A stretch of 64,000 nucleotides of DNA from Syncephalis fuscata S228 (taxonomy: Eukaryota; Fungi; Zoopagomycota). Made by a program: the position numbers and the translations under genes. This document shows, in pieces, positions 24,528-42,246 of this stretch (positions within the stretch are counted from its first letter, which is position 1; each line of letters starts with the position of its first letter). Below the pieces are notes generated by a model. It searched no databases, was not told the DNA's origin, and worked only from the letters and a program-made list of their open reading frames with translations. Location of the stretch: contig JAHLTZ010000017.1 of NCBI GenBank assembly GCA_025786725.1, forward strand, positions 186,001 to 250,000, in the 5' to 3' direction.

Positions 24528-26382
24528 TTATTCTAGCTTTGCACGCTTAGCAGCATTCTCATCCGACTGTGCCACTTCAATAGACTGACGGGCCATAGCC
24601 AATGCTCCTTCTTGTGTCTGGTTACCTAATTATCATCATTCATATATTATACATACTGTTTACCAGCTACTCTTATCGTACTTACCACCAATAAATCCGC
24701 TATGATGGACAAAAATGCATCCCTACAATATTTAGACACATAAACAATAACCGATTAGATGCAATACTCTACTGCTAATCCTTATCCGCCAAATACTTAC
24801 CGGAATACCTGATTTACCAGAAAGCTCTTCATCTCGAATACCACGCCAACTACAAATGCATCATTGCTATAGTTAGTGGCTGGTATAAAATTTTATTTTC
24901 CCACTTACTCCTCTGCCAATGGTAATCGTGATGCAAATGAATCAGGTGACGTAGGAATAGCCTGTACTCGCCAGCACTTCTTTTCATCCTCGTACAATAC
25001 GTACAATGGACGCAAAGTCGATGCTTCAGTGATGCCTTGTTCTTTCTCCAGTTCAAAAAGATGTTCCTAGCAATACATTAATAAATCAGTCATCCGTCAT
25101 TAATATCTACTTCCTCTTACCTTCCATGGACAGAAATGTTCCAAGCAAAGAATAGCACCAGAGGCATCAACGTCAAAACGACGTTCCAACGCGTTTTCCA
25201 CAAGAGCACGAGCGGGCAGCCAGGCTAAACCAAGATATCGGACACGGTCTAGGAATTCCTGTCCAGCCATTTCCATAGCTTGAAAGAATCGCACCTATCA
25301 TACCTATTAAATATACAATTCAAGTACCGAAATGTCTTTCTAGCCTACATTCATATCTTCATTTGGCTGATTCCACCAAGGATTCAATCGGCCTACTCGT
25401 GATGCCAAGTGCGTACGATCAACGTAAGCAGGCTGGATCTCTGTCGGATACTGTTGGATGCCGTTATCAATGCCTAGTATTGGTTAGACTCTATAGTGCT
25501 CTATCTTTATTATCCAATAATAGGCATTACCATCTAGCGCTTCAATAAAGTCCTATTTACAGCAATCATTTAAGCATACGAATTAAATAGTGTTGTCATC
25601 TTACCCGATAGATCTTTTGATACAATAACTCCACCTTCTCATTCGACTCTTCTAATCCTAACTGACCAGCAATCACTTGTTTGCCAAAGTGCCTAATAAT
25701 AATAATAAGTAATAGATACATTAACTAACTAATTAACTAATTAACTAATTAACTAATAGCTCACTTGTATACAAGACCGGCGCTACTTAGTTTTGTCACT
25801 GTTTTATCGCTAAATGTCTCGCTGAATCCTCGCTAATCCATGGTTATTTTCTACATACTAACAAGCCAATTACTTACCTGATGATGATCAAAACGTAACT
25901 GCTCTGGAATGTACTCGCCACCAACATCAACCACCGCATCACATTGAGCCAAAATACTCGCGTCGCGTGTTCTCCGAATTTCTACATTGATTACAATTGA
26001 TATTTAATGGTCTACTACTGTTTTCTACACCAACGTTTATACTTCACTACTTACCTGCTCCTTTAAATTCCGGTGTTAAGCGTAAAATAAACAAAGCTAA
26101 TGCTTCATCACTATTTAAGTATTACACGATTAACTACAGCCATATCAATAGCCACTTTATCAGTGCAGTACTTACCAGTGAAACGTGCCGTCATGGGTAC
26201 CAATAATCTATAGTGCAATAATAAATTACATATAGGTCGCTGTTTATTACACGCCAACTTACTTTACTCATAGCTACAAAATCAATCTTACTAAACAGAC
26301 GTTTTACTAAGAGTCGGTTTGTTGACAAAGCTATTTTTGCTGTCGTTAATGGAATGGAATTAGAAAGCAAACGAGAAAACAT
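24528..26382 (-). CDS. MYG1: MYG1 family 3'-5' exonuclease, many small exons
   Basis: [22 protein letters not shown]...[18 protein letters not shown] and [11 protein letters not shown] motifs. Presequence-like N-terminus. Confidence 0.92.
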
Positions 26383-26491
26383 TAATTTAGATAGCGTTTT
26401 ATTTTATTTTTTATTTTATCTCAAGCGTTCTACGTGTACTTGTCGTTTTAGCTTATTGGAATTGTCCACTCAATAGAAGAGGCATGCCAAT

Positions 26492-27688
26492 ATGTTTTGT
26501 GATTTATCTTTAACACTACCGAACAATGCTACAACAGCTAGCTACACTCAAATACTAACTACAGCTTATGAATGTACGTTTTACTTAATGTCTTGTTTAA
26601 ATTCGCTTTTTGTTCTAATACCGTTAATACAGTAGGATATCGCGTAGTAGCATGCAACCAAGAGATATCAAGTAAAGACTTGGCCAAGAAGGTAATCACT
26701 GGTAGTATATATTTACAAGTATCGACTAATATATACATTTTAATAGGCACTACGTCCAATAACTATTCCTCAAGCGACACCTCGTCCGCGTACATTGCTA
26801 CGTCTTACTGTTCAGCTAGAGGCGGCCGACCACAATTATAGCATGGTAATAGTAGATGGTATCAGTAGTTGTAACTAGTTAACAATTGTATCAATTGAAT
26901 AGGGCGCAGGCAATACGTTGCTAGCACCATTTGATCTAATTGCCGTGCGACCAACAACGGAAAAGGCATTTCAAATTGCTTGCGGAACATTGGATGTGGA
27001 TATCATCTCGTTAGATTTGTCAACACGGCTACCTTTCCATATTAAACATACACTGGCCAATCAAGCAATATTACGTGGTATTCAATTTGAAATTGCTTAT
27101 GCACCAGCTATTCGCGGTAAATATTGCTATGATTTAAATGGATACTTTATTATTCATAACTAATATTTAATACAGATGCTGCGGCACGACGTCACTTTAT
27201 TGCAAATGCCGCCTCGTTAGTTCGTGCCACTCGTGGTCGTAATTTATTTGTGTCAAGCGATGCAGCTAATGCTTTCGAGTTACGTGGTCCATATGATGTC
27301 ATTAATCTGTAAGTAGATATCAATTATTATTGTGTTAGAAATACTAATCATGGATTATAAAGTTGTTCACTTTTTGGTTTAAATCAAGCTGTGGCCCGTG
27401 ATTGCATCACATCAAATACACGACAAATACTATATCATTCAGGTAAGTACAAGTTTAATAATTTAATAGAATTGACATTAAACTTTTGATATAATAAACT
27501 AATAAATCATTTGTATTTTTACTATGTTAACACAACACTTGACAGCAACTCGCCGTTCAGTACACAAAGGTACCGTGGCTTTGGCCGATGATATTAATAC
27601 TGCATTGAATGAAAAACCCGCAGTATTTATTCATAATAATGGCGAAGATGACAATGACAATGACAATGACGAGATGGACACCAAGTAA
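26492..27688 (+). CDS. RPP1: RNase P/MRP subunit p30 (PHP domain), multi-exon
   Basis: MFCDL, GYRVVACN, FDLIAVRPTTEKAFQIAC, DIISLDL..RLPF, RGIQFEIAY and SSDAANAFELRGPYDVIN motifs. Confidence 0.9.
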
Positions 27689-27787
27689 TAAACATGGTCA
27701 TCATTAATACAATTATTAATAAAACTATACATATCATTTGTATATCATTATTATTATTATTATCAATTATCATCATAATTGATATCT

Positions 27788-30832
<3,045 letters not shown>

Positions 30833-31149
30833 GATTAAACGCTTGCTTATTATATATGTACGTTAGGGGTAGAGTCCGACGGAGTAAACGAAAAGTACAA
30901 AGTGCTTCCGATCATAGAAAAAAAATAAAAAAATAATGCTGCTTAGAAAATCACCACCAAGAACATGCTTGTCACTTTCTCAAGCAAGTCGTTTGATAAA
31001 ACTTTAAGCATCAGTATCTAATAAATCGACTATGATATCCTCACTATATACAGGTTATCTTTGATTGATCATATAGAGTCTGATAGGCATTATTTTATAT
31101 GAAATAGCGTTTTTTGTTAAATTAAAATAATATATTTATTAATACAATT

Positions 31150-32030
31150 CGTACAGCTAAATGTGTAATTGTTGATAATAGAATAATATTATCGTTTAAA
31201 AGTTGAATAAATCGAAGCATTGTCTAAACTTCATATATGAATGGGCCGAACGGCAATCGCCAAATGATCTTGCTTTTTTGTGAATATATATACTTAAATT
31301 ATATTTAATAATAGTCCAATTACACCGACAATGCCAATATCTTGGAGAAATCGGTTATTCCTCTTCTACAGTACACACAACGCATATCATATAATTAACG
31401 TATAAATTAATAATATGAAATACTAATTACCATCTATCAATACAAAGAATTGAACACACACAGTGCATAGCATGCTAGCACATAGTTGACTGACATATAA
31501 TTTCAATTACCATCTATTAATGTAAATAATTAAAACACAGTGCATAGTCAATTGATGTAAAATACCACTTGCATTCTATCTATGTTTAATTATAAAGCAG
31601 ACAATGAATAGTATAGATTAGTATATGGTTAATTAATACACAATGTCACTAATTCTTATTAATACAAATAATTAGACACAAATATGGCAGTGCTTATAAT
31701 TAACACATAATCAATATACAATATCGTTTGTCCCCTATTAATAAAATTATTAATGTATGAAATATATAGTGTGGAATTAGTACAGAACTTTTATTTGTAG
31801 CGTGTATAATATAGAATTATCTGTCTACAAGACACGATACTACTGCGTTTACTGCTCAATTGATAATAATTATATGCCGTTTATATCGACACTTTTAGTA
31901 AACATGTGTAAATATTTGCCATAGTTATAGGCAATAAATGGTCAGATGCCATAAATTATTATCTTGAATAACCACAAATCAACAAAGCTTTATTTTACGC
32001 ACTATTATGTTTAGTGTAATGGCCTTTGAA
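31150..32030 (-). repeat. Dispersed cassette copy C (internally deleted; retains micro-exon array and last exon)
   Basis: 31150-31450 aligns to 20660-20950 (gttgataata, gttgaata.atcgaa.catt, ttaccatctatcaatac). 31780-32030 aligns to 22540-22800 (acacgatactactgcgttta, caattgataataatta, gacacttttagtaaa). Confidence 0.8.
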
Positions 32031-32190
32031 AGTATTCTTGTTTATTGCAACGATTTGCACTTTATTTATATTCATAATAATTATTCGCAAATAGTTACAT
32101 TTATAAATCCATATTGGGTGTAAAGATAAGTATTTTGTAGTGGCATATTTGTCTTTGTTATCAAATGTCAAATTACTTTTTTAGATTTAA

Positions 32191-33998
32191 TTATGATGAA
32201 TCCCCGTCATCAGCATAAGCCGATGAACCGTTGGCACCCAAAACAGTAAGTCGTTGATCACGGCCTTTTTTAAGTATACGACTACGCTCTTTCGATATTT
32301 CTGAAGTTGGAGAATTAACTTGACGTAGTTCAAGCTGTTCCATCGCGTGTCCCAGTTGGGCACCGGCACCAAAGTCAAATATATCTTGCAGCATGTCATT
32401 TTCCTAGCAATCATTAGTCACTGTTTGCTAAATAGACAATGGCTAAATAATAGTACTTACTTTAAAATGGACATGTAATCCTTCACCTAATACTTCGCGG
32501 AATATTTGTAATCGGCGTAGCTGGTCTAAGTAATCAGCAAATTGGTTAGCAATGTTATGCAAAGTGCTTTAAATAATGACTTACTCCAAGATTTAAATGT
32601 AAAGATTTTTCCATGGAATTTAAGTTTTAGTTCTGGCGCTTCGCCATCCTATCATCAATGTTACTACAATCATCTTACACCATCTACATCTACACTTACC
32701 TCAATGGTGTGTAATACATCGCGTACGACAGTTTTTTGAACAGAGCGTTTCTTTTTGCTTTGACGCTTGCTGCTTTCTGTGAATTTAATTGCAATTAATA
32801 TATTTAAATAGTAACTTGAATCAACCTACCATTTGTCAAATCATACAATGCAAGTAAAATTGCATCTCGCCGTTCGTCTAATCCTGATGTACTCTGAGTA
32901 GAAAATAGCAATTGCATCAATATTAATATCAATATCGTTTGCTAGCTATATTACTTACAACACCATTTTTACTAAGTAATTCATACATAAGAGCAATATT
33001 TTCACCACTAGCCATACGCACTTCAGTGTGCGGTGACTCGAGTAGACGTATATGAACAGCAATTGTACTATTAAATAGATTAGCATCAACAAATAGATTA
33101 ATACACTGCAATCAATGCTTACTTTGTAAATATTTGCTTAGCATATCCCATATCATCAACACATGTTAGCAATAAGCCAAATGCATTCAAAATAGCCCGT
33201 TGAGCATTGGGTTGATTTGCCGCCGTATTAGACGGACTAACCAATTGCTGTGAGTAGAAATTAAGCAGATCAAATGTGTCACCGGCATCTTCACTGCCCA
33301 CAAAGCAGGACACCGCCAATGCGATAGCACCAGCTTCTCTTAACTCTGCTGATCCCGTGTGCGTAATAATGTATTTGAGGGAAAAGCACAAATCTTGAAA
33401 TAGTGCATCTTGACCTGGACCCAATGTAATAAAGCACAGACTCAATGCTAATAAAATGTTGTTATTAAATATAACAAACATCGCATCAATTCTACTTACC
33501 ACGCATACCAAGAGCATTTTCATGTGCACTTTTTTCCCGTTTAACACATCGTTTTAAAGAATCAATTACCGTTTCTTTGCATCGATCCAATTTATCAACA
33601 ATATAATGATGGGCAAGAACATCAATTAATTGATTCAGCGCCTTTTCTCGAATACTATATAAACAGTTAATTGAATGTACTATAAAATAATAAATATTAA
33701 TAAATTACCTTAGCCGCTTTTCACTCAAGTCGTCTACCGCTTGGTCAAATGCATCTTCCCAAGCGTCATCACGGAAACGTCGACCATTACCGCCTGTCTC
33801 CTCATCACCATCAAAGCGACTGGATGTATCTGAATCGTCGCTATCAAGGCCCTCATCGTACTCATAGTCATTTCGTTCAGGACTAGGGGCCCGACTTCCT
33901 ATTCTACTATTCACTTTACTACTGCCAGCGCTAGTAGCACGACTCGATTGACTCGAGGGGCGTTTTACTTCTTTACGTACAGCTCTTACACGATGCAT
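32191..33998 (-). CDS. Interferon-related developmental regulator (IFRD1/2) family protein, multi-exon
   Basis: Basic/Ser-rich N-terminus, LSEKR..REKAL, VRMASGENIAL, VVRDVLHTIE..P.LKL and ENDMLQDIFD motifs. Confidence 0.82.
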
Positions 33999-34454
33999 TT
34001 TTCTTTTCTCTCTCTTTAATTAAAAAAGAGGCAATAAAGCTTAATATTGACCAACAATTGCTTAATTTCGCAAATAGTGTAAAAGAGAAAAAGAGCAATA
34101 AAACAAATTTGTTCGTTGTTTTTCGATGGTTTCTACTTCATAGTGACTCCTCTTTCATATGACAAATATGACGTCACTTTTAGTCTTAGATATGTTAATG
34201 ATAGCAAGTAGCTTATTAATGCCTTTACACTATGTATTATCGAACAACCATATACAGCATTATAGTAGCCACCATCACCTAGCATGACCTATCGGATACA
34301 CTTTTACTCGGTAGCGAGGATAATACAGTTACAGTATAGACGATCAACGATCACATGACATAAATTTATTTGAATAAAGTATGATTGACTGAATATAGAT
34401 TATAATATTAGTATTAGAAAATATAAATCAATCGATTGTTAAAATTTTTACAGA

Positions 34455-34512
34455 AACGCGGTAAAAACGACACGACCAAAGTAGACGCGTTGTGTTTACA
34501 AGTGCGCGTTTC
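34455..34512 (+). promoter_or_regulatory. Cluster of MCB-like CGCG elements upstream of POL2
   Basis: ACGCGT at 34485-34490, plus AACGCG (~34456) and CGCGTT (~34505), within 170 bp of the POL2 ATG in otherwise AT-rich DNA. Confidence 0.6.
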
Positions 34513-34618
34513 TCGTCTTATTTTTCTTCTTTATTCCAACGATTACGCCATTTACCATATATTAGTAGGCCACGCTCTTGCGCTACATTGAATTCAATTC
34601 TGCTATATATTCTTCTAC

Positions 34619-37600
34619 ATGACACGCGACATCGGTCCGTTGCCCGGTGTCGGTCGGGGTAAACGGCCCTACCGTGCTGCCTACCAGCAGTCGGGTTCTC
34701 GTATTAATAATTACAAGATTGGTGGCGGCAATAACAACAATGCGTTAACTAATGCCGATAATGAGCCAACAAATCTTGATCAGCAGTTTGAAAATACTCA
34801 AGCTATGGATACTATTGATGAACGTATGGGCTTTTATCGATTTCAGGAAGGACCGCCTCGTCTAGGTTGGCTTATTAATATGCACCCTGTAGGTATATGA
34901 TTATAATGATATATTTATATTTACACTAATGATTTATATTTATATTTATATTTATATTTATATTAGACATTAGTTCGTGATAAAGATAATCCATCAGGTC
35001 GGGCTGGTGTTGATTACTATTTCTTAGAAGAGGATGGTAATACATTTAAAGCTACCATTGTTTCTTCACCGTATTTTCTTATTGGATGCAAGGTAAATAT
35101 GGCGTATTATAATAGTTTTACAATGCTAACAAACTGTTTTTACATTATAATATAACATTAGCCTGGTTCAGAGTCAGAAGTGGAAGACTTTTTAAAGAAA
35201 CAGTATGAAGGCACTATTGAACATATAGAACAAGTTAATAAGGAGGATTTGAATATGCCAAATCATTTACTAGGACTGAAGCGTACATTTATTAAATTAT
35301 CATTTCGATCAGTACGCGAATTACTGACTATTCGTAAAATTATAATGCCAGCCGTAAAACGAAATGAAGCAAAATTGGATATGGAAATGAACACTCTAAT
35401 GTCAACTGAGTAAGTAGTTTAACTATTTATATATATAGCCTAATGAATGGGTAGACCATTGGCGGATAAATTACGAGATACAACTATATCTAAACGATCA
35501 GCCACAGAAATTCTTGATAATGTTATTGATATTCGAGAATATGACATTCCATACTATGTACGAGTAGCTATCGATAATGGTAAGTTAAATAATATATAAT
35601 AGTATATAATAGTATATAAATACCTAATATTATATTATAGATATCCGCGTTGGTCTATGGTATGATGTTAAGGCTCTTAATGGCACAATTACATTGACCC
35701 ATCGACCGGATCTTGTAAAACGCCCAGAACCAGTTGTATTGGCATTTGATATTGAAACAACTAAACTGCCATTAAAGTTTCCTGATGCCACTATTGATTG
35801 TATTATGATGATATCTTATATGGTCGATGGTCAAGTAAGCCATCTAGTAACACTTATTAACGTTGATTAATATTTAATTGAACAAAGGGATTTTTAATTA
35901 CCAATAGAGATATTGTAAGCCAAGATATTGATGATTTTGAATATACACCAAAACCAGAATTTGATGGGCCATTTCATATTTTTAACGAACCGGATGAGGT
36001 AAATTATTAATGCCAGTATATTATTATTAATATAGCTACTTAATATTCAATATTATAATAGGCCAGTTTATTAAAACGATTCTTTGAACATATTGAAGAA
36101 TTACGCCCTACTGTAGTAGCAACTTATAACGGTGACTCTTTCGATTGGCCTTTTGTTGAGGCGCGTGCCACAATTAATGGCATTGATATGAGACAAGTAC
36201 AGTAGATGATATTTACATTAATAACAGTGTTGCTAATAACTGACTGTATCTAATAGGAAATTGGATTCTATAAAGATGACCAAGATGAATATAAATCACG
36301 CTATGCCATTCATATGGATTGTTTCAAATGGGTAAAACGCGATAGTTATCTACCAGTAGGCAGTCAAGGTCTTAAAGCAGTGGCCAAGGCCAAACTTGGA
36401 TATAATCCTGATGAAATCGATCCAGAAGATATGACACGGTAGGTATAATAGATTAATATATGATTATAATAATTAATAATTAATATCTATTTGTATTTGT
36501 ATTTGTATATAGGTTTGCGGCGGAAAGACCTCAAACACTTGCTCAATACTCGGTTTCAGATGCTGTAGCCACTTATTATCTTTATATGAAATATGTAAAT
36601 CCATTTATCTTTTCTCTTTGTAATATTATTCCATCTAATGGAGATGAAGTATTACGTAAAGGTAGTGGCACCTTGTGTGAACTACTACTTATGGCAAGTT
36701 AATTAATAGTCATTACTTATAATATTTTATTAATATTGCTACTATAGGTTGAAGCTTTTCGGGCCAATGTCATTATTCCTAACAAGCACCAAGATCCACA
36801 CGAAAAACTATTTAATGGACATTTACTTGAAAGTGAAACCTATGTTGGTGGCCATGTTGAAGCATTAGAGGCTGGTGTATTTAGAAGTGATATTCCATTA
36901 CAATTCAAGCTTGTTCCTTCAGCTGCTCAACAGGTAAATAGACCATTAATAACTGTTAATATATCAATATTAATATTGATATTAATATCAATACAATTAT
37001 AGTTAATTGATCAAGTAGATGCAGCTATTAAATTTACGGTAGAAGTAGAAAATAGCAAATCAATGGCTGATGTACTTAATTACAATGAGGTATAAATATA
37101 AATATTTATTTAAACTATTTAAACTTACTTTAATATTACTAGATCCGAGATGAAATTATACGGAAATTGGTAGATTTGCGTGATCGACCTGAAAGATTAG
37201 AAGAACCAAAATTTATCATTTGGATGTAGCAGCCATGTATCCAAATATCATTCTTACTAATCGATTACAGCCTGATGCCATTGTTGACGAACGTATTTGT
37301 GCCACTTGTGACTTTAATCTACCTGGTAAAAAGTGTGACCGTCGTATGAACTGGTTGTGGCGTGGCCAATACTTCCAGGCCGATAATAACGAATATAGAA
37401 TGATTAAACATCAATTGACATCAGAACAGTTTCCCGGTAAACGCGTGTCAGATCCTATGCGACCATTCCACAAGTTAACCGATACAGAACAAGCAACTAT
37501 AATGCGTAAACGCATATCTGATTATAGTCGACGTGTTTATACCCGTGTCCATGCCACCAAGGTTGTGGAGAAAGAAGCGATTATATGTCAACGAGAGAAT

Positions 37601-40600
37601 CCATTTTATGTTAATACCGTACTTAGTTTTCGTGATCGTCGTTATGAATACAAAGGACTACACAAAACATGGAAGAAGAAATTCGATACGGCCAGTAACG
37701 CGGCAGCACGTGATGAAGCGAGTAAAATGGTTGTTGTATATGATTCACTACAACTGCCCATAAATGTATTCTTAATTCATTCTATGGCTATGTAATGCGT
37801 AAAGCAGCTCGATGGTATTCAATGGAAATGGCCGGTGTGGTATGTAATACTGGCTCATCTATTATTCAAATGGCTCGTCAATTAGTCGAGCAACTTGGTC
37901 GTCCATTGGAACTAGATACAGATGGTATTTGGTGTACACTACCGTCATCCTTCCCGGAGAACTTCACGCTTAAACTCACTAATAATCGCTCCATCTTCTT
38001 TTCATATCCATGTGTTATGTTAAATCATTTGGTACATGATCGATTTACTAATCGACAGTATCAAGAGTTAGTGGATCCAAATCGATTTATTTACAAGACA
38101 CGTGAAGAGAATAGTATCTTTTTTGAAGTGGACGGCCCCTATCATGCTATGATATTGCCATCATCGAAAGAGGCCGACAAATTACTAAAGAAACGATATG
38201 CAGTATTTAATTTCGACGGATCACTCGCCGAATTAAAAGGATTCGAAGTAAAGCGACGTGGTGAATTGAAGCTAATTAAAATATTTCAATCACAAATCTT
38301 CAAAGTATTTTTAGAGGGAAAATCACTAAATGAATGTTATTCAGCAGTAGCAAGAGTGGCCGATCAATGGCTGGATGTGCTATTTAGTAAAGGGGCCCGA
38401 TTACAAGACGAGGAATTACTCGATTTGATTTCAGAGAATCGTAGTATGTCAAAATCATTGGAGGAATACGGTGCACAGAAATCAACATCCATTAGTACGG
38501 CTAAACGATTAGCGGAATTTCTTGGTGATCAAATGGTTAAAGATAAAGGATTGGCATGTCGATTTATTATATCGGCACAGCCACACGGTGATCCAGTAAG
38601 CGAACGGGCCATTCCCGTCACTATATTCTCGGCTGAACCATCGGTGAAGAAGCATTTTCTACGCAAATGGCTAAAAAATAACAGTTTACAACAATTTCAA
38701 TTACGGGATATTCTTGACTGGCAGTATTATTTGGAACGACTTGGATCGGTTATCCAAAAGCTAATTACTATTCCTGCGGCTATGCAACGGGTAGCTAATC
38801 CGGTACCGCGTGTACGCCATCCCGACTGGCTACTTAAACGACTATCCGATAGAGATGATCGATATCAACAACGACGTATTACAGATCATTTTACTGCTCA
38901 ACCTGCACCCACTTGTGCAGATATAGAAGATTTTGGTCTAGTATCAGCGGCTGCATCGCCATCGGCCATACCTAATTGGACATCAACAAAATTAGCTACC
39001 GTCAAACGCAAAGGATTAGCAGCATTGAATGATGATACAGAAATAGTGGAAGAAGAACCAGTGGAAGAAGATATAGCTAGCATTACGCCGTATACTGATT
39101 ATGCTGGTTGGTTAAAGCGCCAAAAACCACATTGGCGTAAAGAGATCAAAGAACGTCGATATCGTCGTCAATTATTACGACATCTCGTACCATCGATTGA
39201 CCATGTTAGTCGTTTGCGTCTTCAGCACCAAGATCTACTTTCATTACTCGCCCATCCATGGCAAATATTACAACTAACTGAAACGGAGTTACCAGGTCAA
39301 TTACGTGTATGGGCCATTATTGATAAACGGTTACGCGATATTCGTATTCATGTTCCTCGTTATCTATATGTCAATCATCGTAACGATGAATGGCACGATA
39401 GTAGTAGATCCACTCATCTACAGCACTATCGAATTACTAAACGGCCCAATGTTCAATTACCACGTTCGCATCGATCCTATCATATTTATGAGATGCAATT
39501 ATGGGAGAAGACGTTTATGGAGAATGCTGCTCATTTTCAAGAATTAGCCAATGATCCAGCAGTGGTTAGTGTTTATGAATCGAATGTGACACCATTAGAT
39601 CGCGCTCTTATCAATATGGGCTGTATACAAATGGTGGCCACTGATCGATTGGCAGAGAGATCAGCAAGTGATACTGCTTATTTAAATAGTGGATTCTCTA
39701 CCGAAGAATTAATGGCCCCACTATCAACATCAGCTACACCAATGATGTATTTGCCTGATGAAACATTAGATCTATTACAGCCCATTTACATATATCATTC
39801 TACAACAGGTACACGTCATTTATTTGGCATATTTTTTACACGTCAACAAACAGCCTCAATTATTATTATTGATCCAGCTGGTGATCAACAACAGCTGCAA
39901 ACGGTATCTAGACTTTATACCGAACAAGTAGAACGTATACTACAAGCAAATGGCGATGATGATACGTCTACTGAATCAACGCTTATTCCTATACAGGCTG
40001 ATTATACATTTGATATTGAATACCATCGTACAGAGTCGGCTGGATTTAAAGCATTACGTCAGTTGCTTGGTGATTATCAACAACAGCGACGTGGTCCTAG
40101 TCTATTTGTATTAAGATCCCCCTGGTCCGTATCCATTTGGCGAAGTAAGATTCGTAATCAACTATTAGATCTGCCATTACTGGCCATGCCATCTCATAAA
40201 GAAGAAATGAATTCCCTGCTCTGGACTGGCATCGATGGGCTGTACGTTCGATGTTTGACCGATATTTTGAAGCAGATGCTTGGCTACAGGAACGTTTAGC
40301 ACTATCTAGATATGCCAATGTACCTATTGGTAATATTGATGGCGATGCCACTCTATTCCTTATTGATTTATTCTATGCTCGTCGACTCTGTGCCAATAAT
40401 CATGTACTATGGTGGTCATCATCACAAGGCAGCGGTAGTGGCCGGCCTGATCTTGGTCGTGATGAAGATGTCGACTATCGATTTGAATTGGATGCTTTGG
40501 CTGAACCAATAATGAATGTAGCCGGCTCCTATCGCAATGTATGTATTTCATTGAATGTATCTGAATTGGCCGCGAATACACTACTTGAATCATCGCACCT

Positions 40601-42107
40601 GTCCATCATGTCAGAAGTGATCGACAATAGTAGTACAATCACTTCAGCACTGCTCCAAGAACCAAATAGTCAAAAAGAAAAGGATTTATCGGTAGCAAAT
40701 GATACAGCACCGTCATCCCAGATTATAGATGAGAATACTGTTGATAGTCAAGCCTTTGGCCTTATTAAAGCAATGATTCGCGGCTTTTGTCAAGAATATG
40801 CCGAGACAAATAATCCATTTGCCGCACTATTTGTTGAACAAGCCCATCGATGGATGATTGGCGGTACTGCTCGTCTATATGATCCATTACTTCATCAGCG
40901 ATTACATAATATGATGTCAAAGGTATTATCACAGCTCATTGGCGAATTGAAACGATTGGGAAGTCAAGTCATATTTGCCAATTTTAGTCGTATTGTTATT
41001 GTAACGGGTAAGACATCAGTTGATAATGCACGGGCCTATCTAGACTATGCTATTCGATCGATTGGTGAAAAGGCTCCATTTCGACATTTAACACTTGAAC
41101 CAGATAATTATTGGGAACGACTTATTTGGTTAGATCCAGCCAACTATGGCGGTATTTTATGTAGTAGTAACAGTAATATTGATGGTGAACCATCATCTAT
41201 GGAAATGGATACTGGTAACAATTCAACAACATCTGAATTATCGATGCGTTGGTGTATTGGTGAATACTTACCACAAGTTGTTCGTTCTTCGTTTGAACGG
41301 CTTATTTCAGAATTGATTTATCAAACGTATAAAATGAATCGATCCCGATTGATAGCAAATGATGAATCTAACGAAACAGATGGTTCATTTGTACGTCGTT
41401 TAATTGAACGTAAACTAACGCGTCATTTATTACGCATGGTACCGGATATAGAGAAGCAAGCACATACAACACCCGATGACTATGTATTCCCCATACAGCT
41501 GGGATCGTTACGTGAACGACGCGGTGTTGCCTTGGAATTTGTACTAGCTATTTGTCATATTCTGGCTCTTGAATCCGAAGCAAGTCATGAAGTACGTGTG
41601 CTTAAACGGCACTTACTTGCTTTGCTTAAAATAGGTGAATTCAGTATTGATGCACAATTTGAAGATCCATGTGCATCGGTACGTCTTTCACAAGTCATTT
41701 GTAGTTACTGCCATCTATGCAGTGATATCGATCTATGTCGCGATTCATTCGCCACTTCTAATGCTAATAGTAATACTGCGATAGCTATGGTGGTATGGAA
41801 GTGTCGGGGCTGTCAACATACATTTGATATTCAATCACTTGAAGAACAGCTGATAAGACTGGTTGAACGACGTGTACGGGCTTATCAGCTACAAGATTTA
41901 CGCTGTCGTCGTTGTCGATGGATTAAAGAGAATCATTTAGCGCCTACTTGCACCAATTGTGCTGGTGCTTTCGAACTGGCTGGTCGACCCAATCGTGATA
42001 CGCTTATTGAACAACTAGACGTATTTCATCGATTGGCACAATTACAAAAGTTACACCGATTGGCCGACGTGGTTACTTGGTATGGTGCTGCATCGACACT
42101 GATGTAA
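34619..42107 (+). CDS. POL2: DNA polymerase epsilon catalytic subunit, multi-exon
   Basis: Exonuclease [16 protein letters not shown] and [10 protein letters not shown], polymerase [22 protein letters not shown] and [10 protein letters not shown]-terminal CysA/CysB. Apparent 1-nt frameshifts at ~37212, ~37755 and ~40210. Confidence 0.97.
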
Positions 42108-42246
42108 GCGTGTAGACGTAATAAAATGTATTTATTATTGTTATGATTCATTAGCATGATCATTATCATCAATTACAACAATTAGTATGTTTATTATTCG
42201 TGTTGTGTGTCATAATGTTATCTATCATAAAGATAAAATCACTATT

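Noticed and set aside
37755-40300. POL2 split into three ORFs as a possible pseudogene or programmed frameshift
   Set aside because: It is an essential gene with intact motifs, no consistent slippery sites were seen, and similar indels occur throughout the window, so assembly error is more likely.
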